Positions 1 to 10,200 of a DNA stretch of 64,000 bases are shown in pieces (within the stretch, counting starts at the first letter, position 1; every line of letters begins with the position of its first letter). The position numbers were made by a program, and so were the translations under genes. Below the pieces are notes generated by a model. That model saw nothing but the letters and a program-made list of their open reading frames with translations. It ran no database searches and was not told the origin of the DNA. Source of the DNA: Vicugna vicugna (lineage: Eukaryota); contig MU057728.1 in assembly GCA_013265495.1 (NCBI GenBank), positions 35,767 to 99,766 on the forward strand. Reading direction: 5' to 3'.

Positions 1-99
1 AAAAAGAAGAAGAAGAAATAAAACCCTTAGTCATGCCCAGGATGAAGGTCCCTCGGGTCATCTCATTTCTTCGAATTCCTGACTCTCTTCCCTGCAAAC

Positions 100-1680
100 C
101 ATTAGCCTGTGTCCTCTGGTCCTTCCCCCCACCCCCCCATGGTGGGATGTTCCCTTCCCTGCATCCTCACCCTGTTCACTGGTGGCTCTCCTGGCCTTCA
201 AGCTTACCCCACATACCCAGCGCCCAGGCAGGGGGAGCTGCTGTCCTCCTCAATTCCCACTGTTCCTCCCATCTTTGTTAAAACAACAGCAAGGCCCTGC
301 TCCTTTAAGGCCGGAACCACACAACTGCTCTGTCTTCTATATCTCATCCTTGCCATCTCCACCCCATCGAGGTCACTCTTCTTTTTCTTTGAAGACACTA
401 GCACCTGGGTCAGCATTCATCTTGGCTCCAAGCCGTGATGCTGGTACTGAGATGGACAGCCCAGCTGGCGCGTTGACCTCTCCAGTCACCTTCCCAGACT
501 CAGCAGGCCTTGTCGTCACCCGGAGCTGTTCCACCTCTGGGACCCTCGGTGCAGGCATCCAGTTTTGGACCATGATCATCTCAGTTATTCCCATCTCATC
601 TCTTCTTCTATCTTCCTGAACCTCTAGACCAGCTCTGTCCAACAGAACTTTCCGTGATGATGGAGATGTTCTTTATTGGAGCTATCCAAGTCAGGGGCAG
701 CTGAGGAACTGAGCTTGAAATTCTATTTAATTTTAACTCATTCACTGAAATGGCCATGGCGACATGTGGTTGAACAGCAGGGCTCTAGAACCCTGGCCTG
801 TTCCTTCTTCCATTGGTGGCCTGATTTCACTTCCTTCTCTCTTGAGCTTTGTCTCCACGTTCCATCACAGCAGCCACCCTCTTGCCCTTGTCCCTTGGTC
901 CCACTTCCTGGAAAAAACTATCAACTTTAGATTAATCCAACTGTTCTGCTTTCTCTAGGTCTACACAGGGGCTGCTGGGCACTGCTGGGGCTTGACTTTG
1001 CTGGGAGACATTCTTTCTCATAGATGGTCACCAACCTCTATCAGACCTTGAATTCTGTCCAGCCAGCACGTTCCCTTCTCCTTAAGGACCCAATCAAGAC
1101 TTCCTGCCTTTCCAAATCTGCTCCCTTACTGTCAGCGGGTGGTGTCACTTCCTAGTGCATTGAAACAAGAGCAGCTTTCAGACCACCTGACCACCCATTT
1201 TCCGAGGCTAGTTTTATCTGTCTTCAGCATCCTCCTTCTGAGCCTTCTTGTCAACATTCAGGCTCGCTCAGATAGCCTTATCTTATAAACAACAATAGAA
1301 AATGCCAACCTCCCGTCAATCCCGTGTCACCTTCCAATCACCCCATCTCTTTCCTACCACTTGTTTTCACACCTCTCCAAAGCCATCTACACTTGCTGTC
1401 TCCACTTTCTCACCTCCCGTTCACTTTATAACCTGAGGCAGCCTGGCTTCTGTCCCCACCACTCCTCTGCCACTACCAGTCAAGGTCACCAATGACTTCC
1501 TTGTAGTTTAATCCAAAGGACTCTTTCAGATCTTATCTTGACCTTGAAGGCATGTGATACTTGCTCACCGCCCCTCCTTCCTGGAAACTTGCCTGTTGGT
1601 TTCCAGGACACCTGAGTCTCTTGGTTTTCTTCCTCCTACTCTGGCCCCTTCTAAGTTTTCTTGACACTATCTTTCTAGGG
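100..1680 (+). mobile_element. Degenerate LINE-2 ORF2 remnant (endonuclease to RT region), interrupted by MER3
   Basis: Decayed peptides GGAAVLLNSHC, LILAIS..FFEDTSTWV and GLVVTRSCSTS resemble the L2 APE domain. 1441-1560 (ctggcttctgtccccaccactc...gtcaaggtcaccaatgacttcc...cttgaccttgaaggcatgtgatac) resembles the L2 RT QSGF/LDLSAAFDT region. Confidence 0.7.
630..782. mobile_element. MER3-like hAT-Charlie MITE (internally deleted)
   Basis: cagctctgtccaacagaactttccgtgatgatggagatgttc...gaacagcaggg; 8-bp TSD CTCTAGAC (622-629) / CTCTAGAA (783-790). Confidence 0.85.
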
Positions 1681-3327
1681 GGATCCTGGGACTTCACAGG
1701 TAAGGCTGGGTGCCAAGAAGGGCGGCTCCCCCTCCCAACGCATTCCTTGCTGGAACACCTGGGAATGCGCTTTCTCACCCAAGAGCCTCCCTGTTGTGTT
1801 TTGAATGCGTTTGTCCTGTGAATCCTGCCACTCAGAGCCTGACACGCCTTTTCGGGTGTGTATTTATCACCCCCACTTTGAGAAGCTCTCACAACACTTG
1901 GACATCTGTTTTATTCATTTGCCCCCTCAAAAGGCCGTATGCTGGAGGAAGGGACACTGACAGATTAGAGAGCATTGGGAGAGGCTGCAGAGTGGTCAGA
2001 AAAAAAGGGTCCTGTGAGAACTCATACAAAGAACTGGGAACATTTTGCCTAGGAGCGATAAAACCGAGGGGTGACACGGGGCTGATCTTCAAAAATTTGA
2101 AGAGGTAGAGCCTTGGTCGGGGCTGCTGTATGGAATCGAACCAGCTGTACAAGTGACAGGGTTTTCCCAGAATGCTGTGGACCTCCAGGCTGCAAAGTGA
2201 CAGTCCTGGGCACCAGGACCTACCGCAGAAGATAAGCTTAGACCTCAGTGATCACAATAAAAGTGGGAAGTGCCCTCCCTGCCCCACATATCCTTCCTGA
2301 AGACCACTGGCCTAAGCTCAGCTGGCGAGGTGCAACCCCAGGGAGTACAGCTTCAAACTTGCTGCCACGTGAGGCCCATCAAAAGCTCTGGGACAGAAAC
2401 ATAGCAGCAGGAAGGCTTGAGAGCGCTGGCAATCCGGTCTTGCAGATACTCCAGGAATCAAGTCAGGTGGGCAGTGAGCAGGGTAGCCCGATGAGCCTCT
2501 TTCAGACCCATTTTTGTCAGACTGTCTTCCTGACCTGTGTTTTGGTGCGAGGCCATTAGTGTACACTGTGGGCCATCACAGACACCCTCTGAGGGGCTTA
2601 GGGATGTTGAAGATGCTTGCTTGTTACCTCACACTGTGTTCTCTTTATGAGGCCCCCCAGGAGAAATTCTTGTCTGATTTTAGTACCAAGAATAGTTGTA
2701 ATTCTCTTGAGTAATAGGTCTGTTTTTATCCCATGGACGCTGGGAATTGTGTAACTGACATGGTCTCCTTTTCATTTTGGCTGCGGGAAAGCTGAGAGAC
2801 AAATTTGTGGCCCACCCCCAGGAAGTGAATAGGGCATTCTAGGGGGCGCTTAACCTTGATTCCCATCTCTACTTTGTCTTCCCTCTTAGTTTCTCTTTCT
2901 TCTCTCAGTTCTCCTTGTTTTACTGTGTACAGTCAAGAACAGACAAGCAAAAACAAAAATCACCTATAATCTAATCTCACTTTCCCAAGATACCTACAAG
3001 GAACAATGTTGTCTTTTCAGGCATACTTTAAAAAATAAAAATGAGAGTATGCTATGCATAGTGTTTCTTGGAGGGGGCACAGTATTTTGTAAATGGCTTT
3101 TTTCGTTTTATATGTCATGAACCTCTTTCCATGTCATTAAATGTCCCTCTTTAAATAATTTTAAAATTCTATGAAGAGCTAGCAATTTAAAACTAACAAA
3201 TAACATTTCCGCAGCCCCTTAATGTGTGCCTGGCTTTATGTATATTCACCTTTATATGAAAGTATACTCACATAGATGGATCTAAATACAATATGTATGC
3301 ATACATATTATAAGCTATAATTTCTGT

Positions 3328-3470
3328 ATGTGTTAACTCATTTAATGCTTACAATCCTGTGAGATAGAAATTATTGTCCCCCTTTAACAAATGAAGAAAC
3401 TAAGGCACAGAAAGATGCAAAACTTGCCAAGGTCATACTTTGGCTCCAAAGCACGTGCTCCTAACTGCTC
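3328..3470 (-). mobile_element. MIR SINE
   Basis: tcatttaatgcttacaa...aaatgaagaaactaaggcacagaaag...cttgccaaggtcatac. Confidence 0.8.
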
Positions 3471-4244
3471 TGCTGGCTTTCCGTATGCCATTGGGATTTC
3501 ACAGTCCACAATGGTTAAACATTTCACAGTCCACCTGGTTAAACATAAAAAAGAAACATTTATCTCCTTCCACCTCACTTTCTTATTTATGTTATTTTGC
3601 TTTGTTTTAAGTCCCCTTGTAAGTCACCCAAAATCCCCTCTGCCACAAGGCAAGTGTAGAGAGTGGTACACAGCACAAGAAGGCAAAGTTAAAGTGTTCC
3701 CCCAGGGGAGGGGATGAATCCAGGCTGCCCTGCAATGGAGAGGATTTATGTCTTTGGTCTGCGGTGAACTTCCATCCCTGGAAGAGCTGGCTTGGGTGGC
3801 CGTCTCTCAGGGAGGCCGGGGAGGGCTGTCTTCCAAAGAGAATGAGCTGGGCCAGACCAGCCCCAAGGCTCCTTCGTACATTCTCGGAGTTTATGAAAAT
3901 ACCAGTAAGACAAAATGAGGCACTCAATGGAGATAATGCAGCAAGTCAGCTGTTGGGCCAGAACCAGGACCCTGTGCTTTCAATCCAGGATCACTCATCT
4001 AAAAGTAACAACCGCAGTTTAGTTCCAAACTCTCAGCCCAGTGTATTCTTTCCCCAGAGTGCTTTGGCTACTGCTGCAAGATGGTCAAAAGGATGCTGTC
4101 ACTGTCCTCTGTCCTTTTGTTAGTGTGGCAGAGAGGAAGGGAAGGAGAATCTGGGTGGCCCTGAGGATGCCCTATGAGACTACAGTTGGGTGGGACTATC
4201 CATTTGACAAACGGGAGGACAGGAAGGAGCCAGGTTTCTTTCTA

Positions 4245-4420
4245 TTCCTGGATGTGATGTTTACTAGCTGGGAGATCTTGGTCAAGTTTCTTACCTCCTG
4301 AGACCTGAGTTTCCTCATCTGCAAAATAAGAGTTTAATACCTACTTGCAAAGCTGTTGTGGGCTCCCAAGAGATAGTATGGGCTACAGCACCCTTAAAAA
4401 CTGAGCCAATAAGTACCTAT
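4245..4420 (+). mobile_element. MIR SINE
   Basis: ttactagctggga...cttggtcaagttt...agtttcctcatctgcaaaat core. Confidence 0.8.
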
Positions 4421-4914
4421 AAGGCTGCCTCTGTATCTGGGGGCAGCTAGACAGAGGCCTGGCAGAGCCGTCCGGGAGGGGCGTTGGCCAGTGCCCAGAT
4501 GCTGTCTGGCTTTTTCTCCACTTCACCCTCCAGCCCACTACAGCTCCTCCGCCAGGAAAGGGGCCGTGTTCCCAACAGAGGCCCACAGCATGGTGACAAC
4601 TGTGCGGGGGTTGGGGGGCTTGGGGTGGGGAGTCAGAGCTCTTTCTCGCCGGACTCCAGGGGCTTGGGGCAGGAGGAGTAAGCCAGCAGAGGTTCCATCC
4701 TCCTCTTCCTCCAGATCCCGGGCTGTCTGCCCACGGGGCACGGCCCTGTACGCGGTGCCACCGCGGCCATCAGGCTGGGTTAGAGGAAGGCCCGACCCCA
4801 ACGCGGCAAAGAAAACAAACACAGATGTGTTTGCCCGGGACCAGGAGGGAGAAAAATCTCCCACTCCCCCGCCGCCTGAGCGCTCCCCTGGGCGTGGGGC
4901 CGGCGGAAACCTGC

Positions 4915-5024
4915 GGGGCTCTCCCGGCAGCGCAGGGCCGGGGCGACGCGGACGGTCCCCGGCCGGCCCCTCCTCCCTCGGCGGGGTGCGCGCCGGGCCC
5001 AGCCCCCCTCTCCGGGGTTTCCCC
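4915..5024 (+). promoter_or_regulatory. Two NF-kB consensus matches
   Basis: GGGGCTCTCC (4915-4924) and GGGGTTTCCC (5014-5023) fit GGGRNNYYCC; NTN1 is a reported NF-kB target. Confidence 0.4.
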
Positions 5025-5160
5025 GGGCGCTTTCCTCGCTTTCTCTTTGTCTCTGCTTCTCTTTCTCGGGCGCCCGGGTTCCCACCCGATCGCGCTCCCG
5101 CTCTCTCCAGGTCCCGGGCCGCTTCCCTTTAACTTTCTTCTTTCCCGGGGTTAAAACTTT

Positions 5161-5251
5161 GCTCGCGAGCGGGCGGCAGCTCGCCGACGTTATTGGCCGG
5201 CGCCCCGCCCGGCGGCCCCGCCCCCCGCCCCCGCGCTCCCCTCCGCCCCCC
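5161..5251 (+). promoter_or_regulatory. TATA-less core promoter: inverted CCAAT box and Sp/KLF GC boxes
   Basis: ATTGG 5192-5196; several CCCCGCCC/CCGCCC from 5203 to 5250; palindrome GCTCGCGAGC 5161-5170. Confidence 0.7.
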
Positions 5252-5264
5252 ACTCCCAGCGCGA

Positions 5265-5313
<49 letters not shown>

Positions 5314-5358
5314 AGCCTTTGGGGGCGTGCGTGCGTGTGTGAGTGCGCGCCAGCCAGC
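5252..5358 (+). other. NTN1: Probable non-coding exon 1 of NTN1 (3' boundary uncertain; may extend to 5653)
   Basis: ACTCCCAGCGCGAGTGGCGGC...GGAGCCTT...GTGAGTGCGCGCCAGCCAGC resembles the human NTN1 mRNA 5' end as I recall it. It lies just downstream of CCAAT and GC boxes. Confidence 0.6.
5267..5311 (+). repeat. (GGC)15 trinucleotide repeat in the 5' leader
   Basis: 45 nt of uninterrupted GGC followed by GGA. Confidence 0.97.
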
Positions 5359-5469
5359 GGGAGTGTGTGTGCGCCCCGGGCGCGGGCTGGGCGGCACTCG
5401 CACGGCGGCTGAAGCGGCGGGAGCCGGGCGGTCGCGTCGTCACTCGAGAGAGAGAGGCGGCGGCGGCGG

Positions 5470-5501
5470 CCGGGCCGGGCCGGGCCGGGCCGGGGCTGGG
5501 G
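5470..5501 (+). repeat. (CCGGG)5 repeat / G-quadruplex motif
   Basis: Six G-runs of 3-4 G separated by 2-nt loops. Confidence 0.85.
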
Positions 5502-6118
5502 CAGCGGCGGCCGCGCCAGGCATGGAGCTGGCAAGCCCGCGCTGAGGCAGGACTCGCCTGCTAGCAGCCAGCGAGAGGCTCTCCGCCGTCCGGCGCGCGG
5601 GCTCCCCGGCCGGGGCCGGGCAAACTTTTCTTTCTCTTTTGCCGTCTCCAGAGGTAAAGTCCCGAATGCGGACTCGCCGGCGGGGTTGCGATTCGACACA
5701 GCGGAACGGGACCCCGGGCTGCGGGGAGGAGGGGGCGCGCGCCGTGCGGGCTCGGGGCGGGGGGAGGCACGAGCTCTCCTGTGTCCGAGATTTGGGATAC
5801 TGGCGGGCCGGCCGCGGACAGGCAGACGGGCGCGGGCATGACCCTCGGGCGGCGTGGAGGCGGTGGTGGCGGGGAAGCCGAGTGATCGCCCGCGGTCCCG
5901 ACTCGCCGCCGGCAGGGAAGAAGAGGCGCGGGCCGTACGGGCTTGGGGGGGGTCCCCGGATTTGCCTGCCCCCGGGACGCGGGGAAGCGAGGCGGGCGTT
6001 CGGCCGCGGGCTTGGTGCCGGGGAAGCGGGGCGTTTGCCCGCGCCCCCGCTCGCCGCGCCCCCGGCGGGTGGAGGGAGCGGGGCGGGCTGGCTGAGCGCG
6101 GCTCCCCTCTCTCCGCAG

Positions 6119-6182
6119 GCGCCTTCTGCGGCGGGCAGAACGACTCTTCGGCGCGGCGGGGCCGGGGCAGGCTGGACGCAGC
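6119..6182 (+). other. NTN1: 5'UTR part of the NTN1 first coding exon
   Basis: Pyrimidine tract plus CAG at 6103-6118, 64 nt upstream of ATG 6183. Confidence 0.85.
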
Positions 6183-7200
6183 ATGATGCGCGCAGTGTGG
6201 GAGGCGCTGGCGGCGCTGGCGGCAGTGGCGTGCCTGGTGGGCGCGGTGCGCGGCGGGCCCGGGCTCAGCATGTTCGCCGGCCAGGCGGCGCAGCCCGACC
6301 CCTGCTCGGACGAGAACGGCCACCCGCGCCGCTGCATCCCCGACTTTGTCAACGCAGCCTTCGGCAAGGACGTGCGCGTGTCCAGCACCTGCGGCCGGCC
6401 CCCGGCGCGCTACTGCGTGGTGAGCGAGCGCGGCGAGGAGCGGCTGCGCTCCTGCCACCTCTGCAACGCGTCGGACCCCAAGAAGGCGCACCCGCCCGCC
6501 TTCCTCACCGATCTCAACAACCCACACAACCTGACGTGCTGGCAGTCGGAGAACTACCTGCAGTTCCCGCACAACGTCACGCTTACGCTGTCTCTAGGCA
6601 AGAAGTTCGAAGTGACCTACGTGAGCCTGCAGTTCTGCTCGCCACGGCCGGAGTCTATGGCCATCTATAAGTCCATGGACTACGGGCGCACGTGGGTGCC
6701 CTTTCAGTTCTATTCCACGCAGTGCCGCAAGATGTACAACCGGCCGCACCGCGCGCCCATCACCAAGCAGAACGAGCAGGAGGCCGTGTGCACTGACTCT
6801 CACACCGACATGCGCCCGCTCTCGGGAGGCCTCATCGCCTTCAGCACTCTGGACGGGCGGCCCTCGGCGCACGACTTCGACAACTCGCCCGTGCTGCAAG
6901 ACTGGGTCACGGCCACCGACATCCGCGTGGCCTTCAGCCGCCTGCACACGTTCGGAGACGAGAACGAGGACGACTCGGAGGTGGCGCGCGACTCGTACTT
7001 CTACGCCGTGTCGGACCTGCAGGTAGGCGGTCGCTGCAAGTGCAACGGCCACGCGGCCCGCTGCGTGCGCGACCGCGACGACAGCCTGGTGTGCGACTGC
7101 AGGCACAACACGGCCGGTCCGGAGTGCGACCGCTGCAAGCCTTTCCACTATGACCGGCCCTGGCAGCGCGCCACCGCCCGCGAGGCCAACGAGTGCGTGG
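6183..7200 (+). CDS. NTN1: Netrin-1, first coding exon (partial CDS, 339 codons + 1 nt; signal peptide, laminin N-terminal/VI domain, LE/EGF V-1)
   Basis: Translation [24 protein letters not shown]...[22 protein letters not shown]...[13 protein letters not shown]...[12 protein letters not shown]...ANECV is recognisably netrin-1. NxS/T sequons NAS, NLT and NVT are present. Acceptor cccctctctccgcAG ends at 6118; donor TGG|GTGAGT at 7200/7201 (phase 1). Strong GC3 codon bias. Confidence 0.98.
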
Positions 7201-10200
7201 GTGAGTGGGGCGCCGCGGGGACGCGGGCGGCGGGCGGCGGGCGGGGACCGGGGCGGCGGCTCCTGAGTCTCGCGACCGCGGGTTCTCCGGAGCGCCGGTG
7301 GACTCCGCCGCTGAGGGTCGCCAGCTGCGTGGATGTGGGAATGGTGGGAGGCGCGTTCCGGGATGTCCTGGACCGAGGAGGGCAGAGAGCCGGTCCACTC
7401 GTGCGCCTGGCACTGGCCGTGGACTCTCGGGTTTGGGTCTAGGGCACGGTGCGAAGCCAAGAAGAAGCACGAGAAATGATGCGGGAGAAGGCTTTGCAGA
7501 AAATTTGCTGACGGGTCCTCCTAACCCCGGATTCAAAGGCAAAAGCTCATTGCCTTCCCCTCAGTTTGGCGGGACCCTGGGATCCACCTCCGCCCCTCCC
7601 CACCCCCATTTCCTAATCTGCAGCTGATCGCCCTGCTGGGGACCCCGGCCCGGTTCCCGGGAAGTTCCAGCTCCGCGACCACAAGTCCCTTGGGAGATGG
7701 CAAAGGGCTTTGCAGTTTGAGGCCAGTTCGGTACCCGACGAATATCATTTCTGCGTCCTCCATTTGTCTTTTATGGTTTGGAAAAAACAGTATGTATTTT
7801 CCTTTTGCACAGCGTGTTTAAGTTAACAAAAGAATGATGTGATTTAAATCAATTACTACCTACAGATTACAAAGGGAGTTCACTAATTATTTTAAACTAA
7901 TTCAATCTCTATCCAAAAAAGAATACCAGATTTTTTTTTGGTTAGCGTCAAGATTTGGTGAAATTAAACAGTTCCGAATTAACTAAGGGCGCAGATTCTT
8001 ATTTTAATGGGATCTCGGTGCCTGGAAGAGAAATCTGACAAAAATCAGCCCTGGTGGATACTGCTGGGTCAGAAATGAGACTTAAAAATGGGATCCATTC
8101 TGTTTTTGAATTTTAGGACTTTGCTGCTGTAGAAACTCTGAGGCATCGGTTTCTCCCCAGGAGGAAAGAACAAAAAAGGAAGGGAAAAGTAGTAAGACCC
8201 CACTCCCTTTTTCCACGATAAGGTGTACATTTCCAAACCCCACATTTCATTTTACTGAAAATTATTTGGTTTGTCACCATACCGTTTGGTGTTCATTTTT
8301 TGTGAAATACAGATACTCCCTCCCCCTGCCCCCACCCCAGGCAGCCAGTGTGAGTCTCTTCAGTTGCTTCAGCCTCTGAGGCACATTACAAAGTTCGCTG
8401 GGTCCCCACAAACACACGTTTTGAGGTCTGGTTCTGATTAATTGTGTCATGTTGTTGTCGAATAGTTTGTGCCTCATGACTGTGGATGCAGACTTTTGGA
8501 ATGGAAAACATGTTTTGGAGAGCCGGATCGGCACTGAGGCCTGGTCAGGCATCTTGGTCTGCAGAGGCCCATCCCTCCTGTTGCCTGGCTGGGCCTCCAT
8601 TTTTACCCTCCGAGTGTCCCACTTCTGTTCATCCCCCCTCCTTTAAGGGACAGAACTGGTTGCCAGTTTGAAGAGACTTTTCAGGATTCGGCGGCAAGAT
8701 AGTGGTTATACCCAGACTTAGTGGTCTTTGGGAATAAAACTCCTTTGATCTGCTCAGTTCCTTCAGAAATGTTGGTTTTTCCCATCTCTTGTCTTTCTTC
8801 TCCCCCTTTCCTCTTTTCTTCCTTTTGTGCGTAAAAATCCTTCATTGACATTTAAAAGGCTTCCCAGAGTTTTGCTATCAGTTTTAGTTTGTCTGTGCAC
8901 GTGAAGGATAACTTCTCATTGTCACTGGCAGGGCCTGATTGGAAGAAATACAAGGGAATACATTGAGGCAAATAAACTGGATATTATGGTAACATTTTAC
9001 TGGCTTGAAAATTCGTCTTAGCAGCGTTGGTATTGTTCAGATACCAACCACCCCCATCTCTCCCTGTCACTTTGGATGTGGAGACGTAACCCGCAATTGT
9101 TATAACAATGGCCACGCACTTGAAATGATCTCTATAGTTGAGGATTTTGTCTTTTGACCAAAGCACTAACTCTGTGCACAAACTGGATTGACCGGTTTAT
9201 TTTTAAGCCAAATTGAGCAATCAACATATTAACTAACGTAATTAGAAGGCCTTTTTGTTCAAAAAGTTTAATTAGGCCTAATAAGTACATAATCTACATG
9301 ACAAATAATCGGCTGACAATATTTTCTGGTTTTTACTGAAGTTATTTTAATTCTCAGTAGTCAAAGTATCTTTAAATCTTGCCAATTATTCAGTCATCTC
9401 ATAAAAGCCAAGCCAATTCAACAATGTTAAAAGTTATTTATAGTTTCCTTTTTGAATAGATGTTCTGATACCTTGTAGATATAGCCCCGGGAATGTCAGG
9501 TTGAAGTTCCCATAAAGTCTTAATTGAAGTCTTAGTGATTTTGCCATCATTCCGCAAAAGAGAAAGTCAGCAAAGACAATTTAGAAGTGATTTACAAGTA
9601 AAGGTCGAGCTTTTTATGAAAAGGCCCTGAAGTGGAGGTATGTGAATGAATTAGTATTTGACAGGTGTTCTGAGACACTACAGGGCACTGTGCTGGGAAA
9701 AAAGCATTAATAAATCCTTCAAACACTAACTTTTGTACTATCAGCGGCTCAGATTTTTTCCCCCAACATAATCCCATCTTGTGAATTTCACACTGTTGAC
9801 ATAAAGCCGGGCTACCCAGATTATTTACAGCTAAGGCAAAGTAAAGCATGTATTTTTCTTTTAAAAAATGAGTCTTGATTTAAAAAAAAAAGGGTTGTCA
9901 TTATCACTGTGCTCTTCTCTTTGCCTTTCTAAAATGAGACATGATTTATAATAGACTAAATTGGCATCCTTCCTTTAACCCTCTCACCAGCCCCCTCGCC
10001 CCCCAAATCCTAAAACTTAAAAAAAAAATCGGTATTATTATTTGACTGAATGATTCTAGGCAGGGCCCAGGTACTTTCAGCTGACTAAGAAATGCCTGTA
10101 TCCTATAGGTTTTCTTTGGTCCAGCTTTCTTTTCAGTGTTCTTTCAAGGTTGAGTTCTCTGTGGAATAAATGTGAACTTTTGTAAGGCCCAACTTTATTT

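Larger units (their letters stand above)
4720..7500. promoter_or_regulatory. CpG island spanning the NTN1 promoter, exon 1, intron 1 and the first coding exon
   Basis: Very high GC content and undepleted CpG compared with the flanks. Confidence 0.93.

Noticed and set aside
5639..6670. 343-aa alternative-frame ORF overlapping NTN1
   Set aside because: Starts at TTG, its only ATG is in probable intron 1, it has low-complexity composition, and stop depletion is expected at this GC content
7201..7442. Read-through of the NTN1 ORF to 419 aa
   Set aside because: Netrin similarity stops at ANECV, exactly at a consensus GTGAGT donor. The extension is GC-rich intron.
5190..7542. Long antisense ORFs (460, 275, 288 and 202 aa)
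   Set aside because: R/A/P/G-rich shadows of a CpG island and GC3-biased exon, with no recognisable domain
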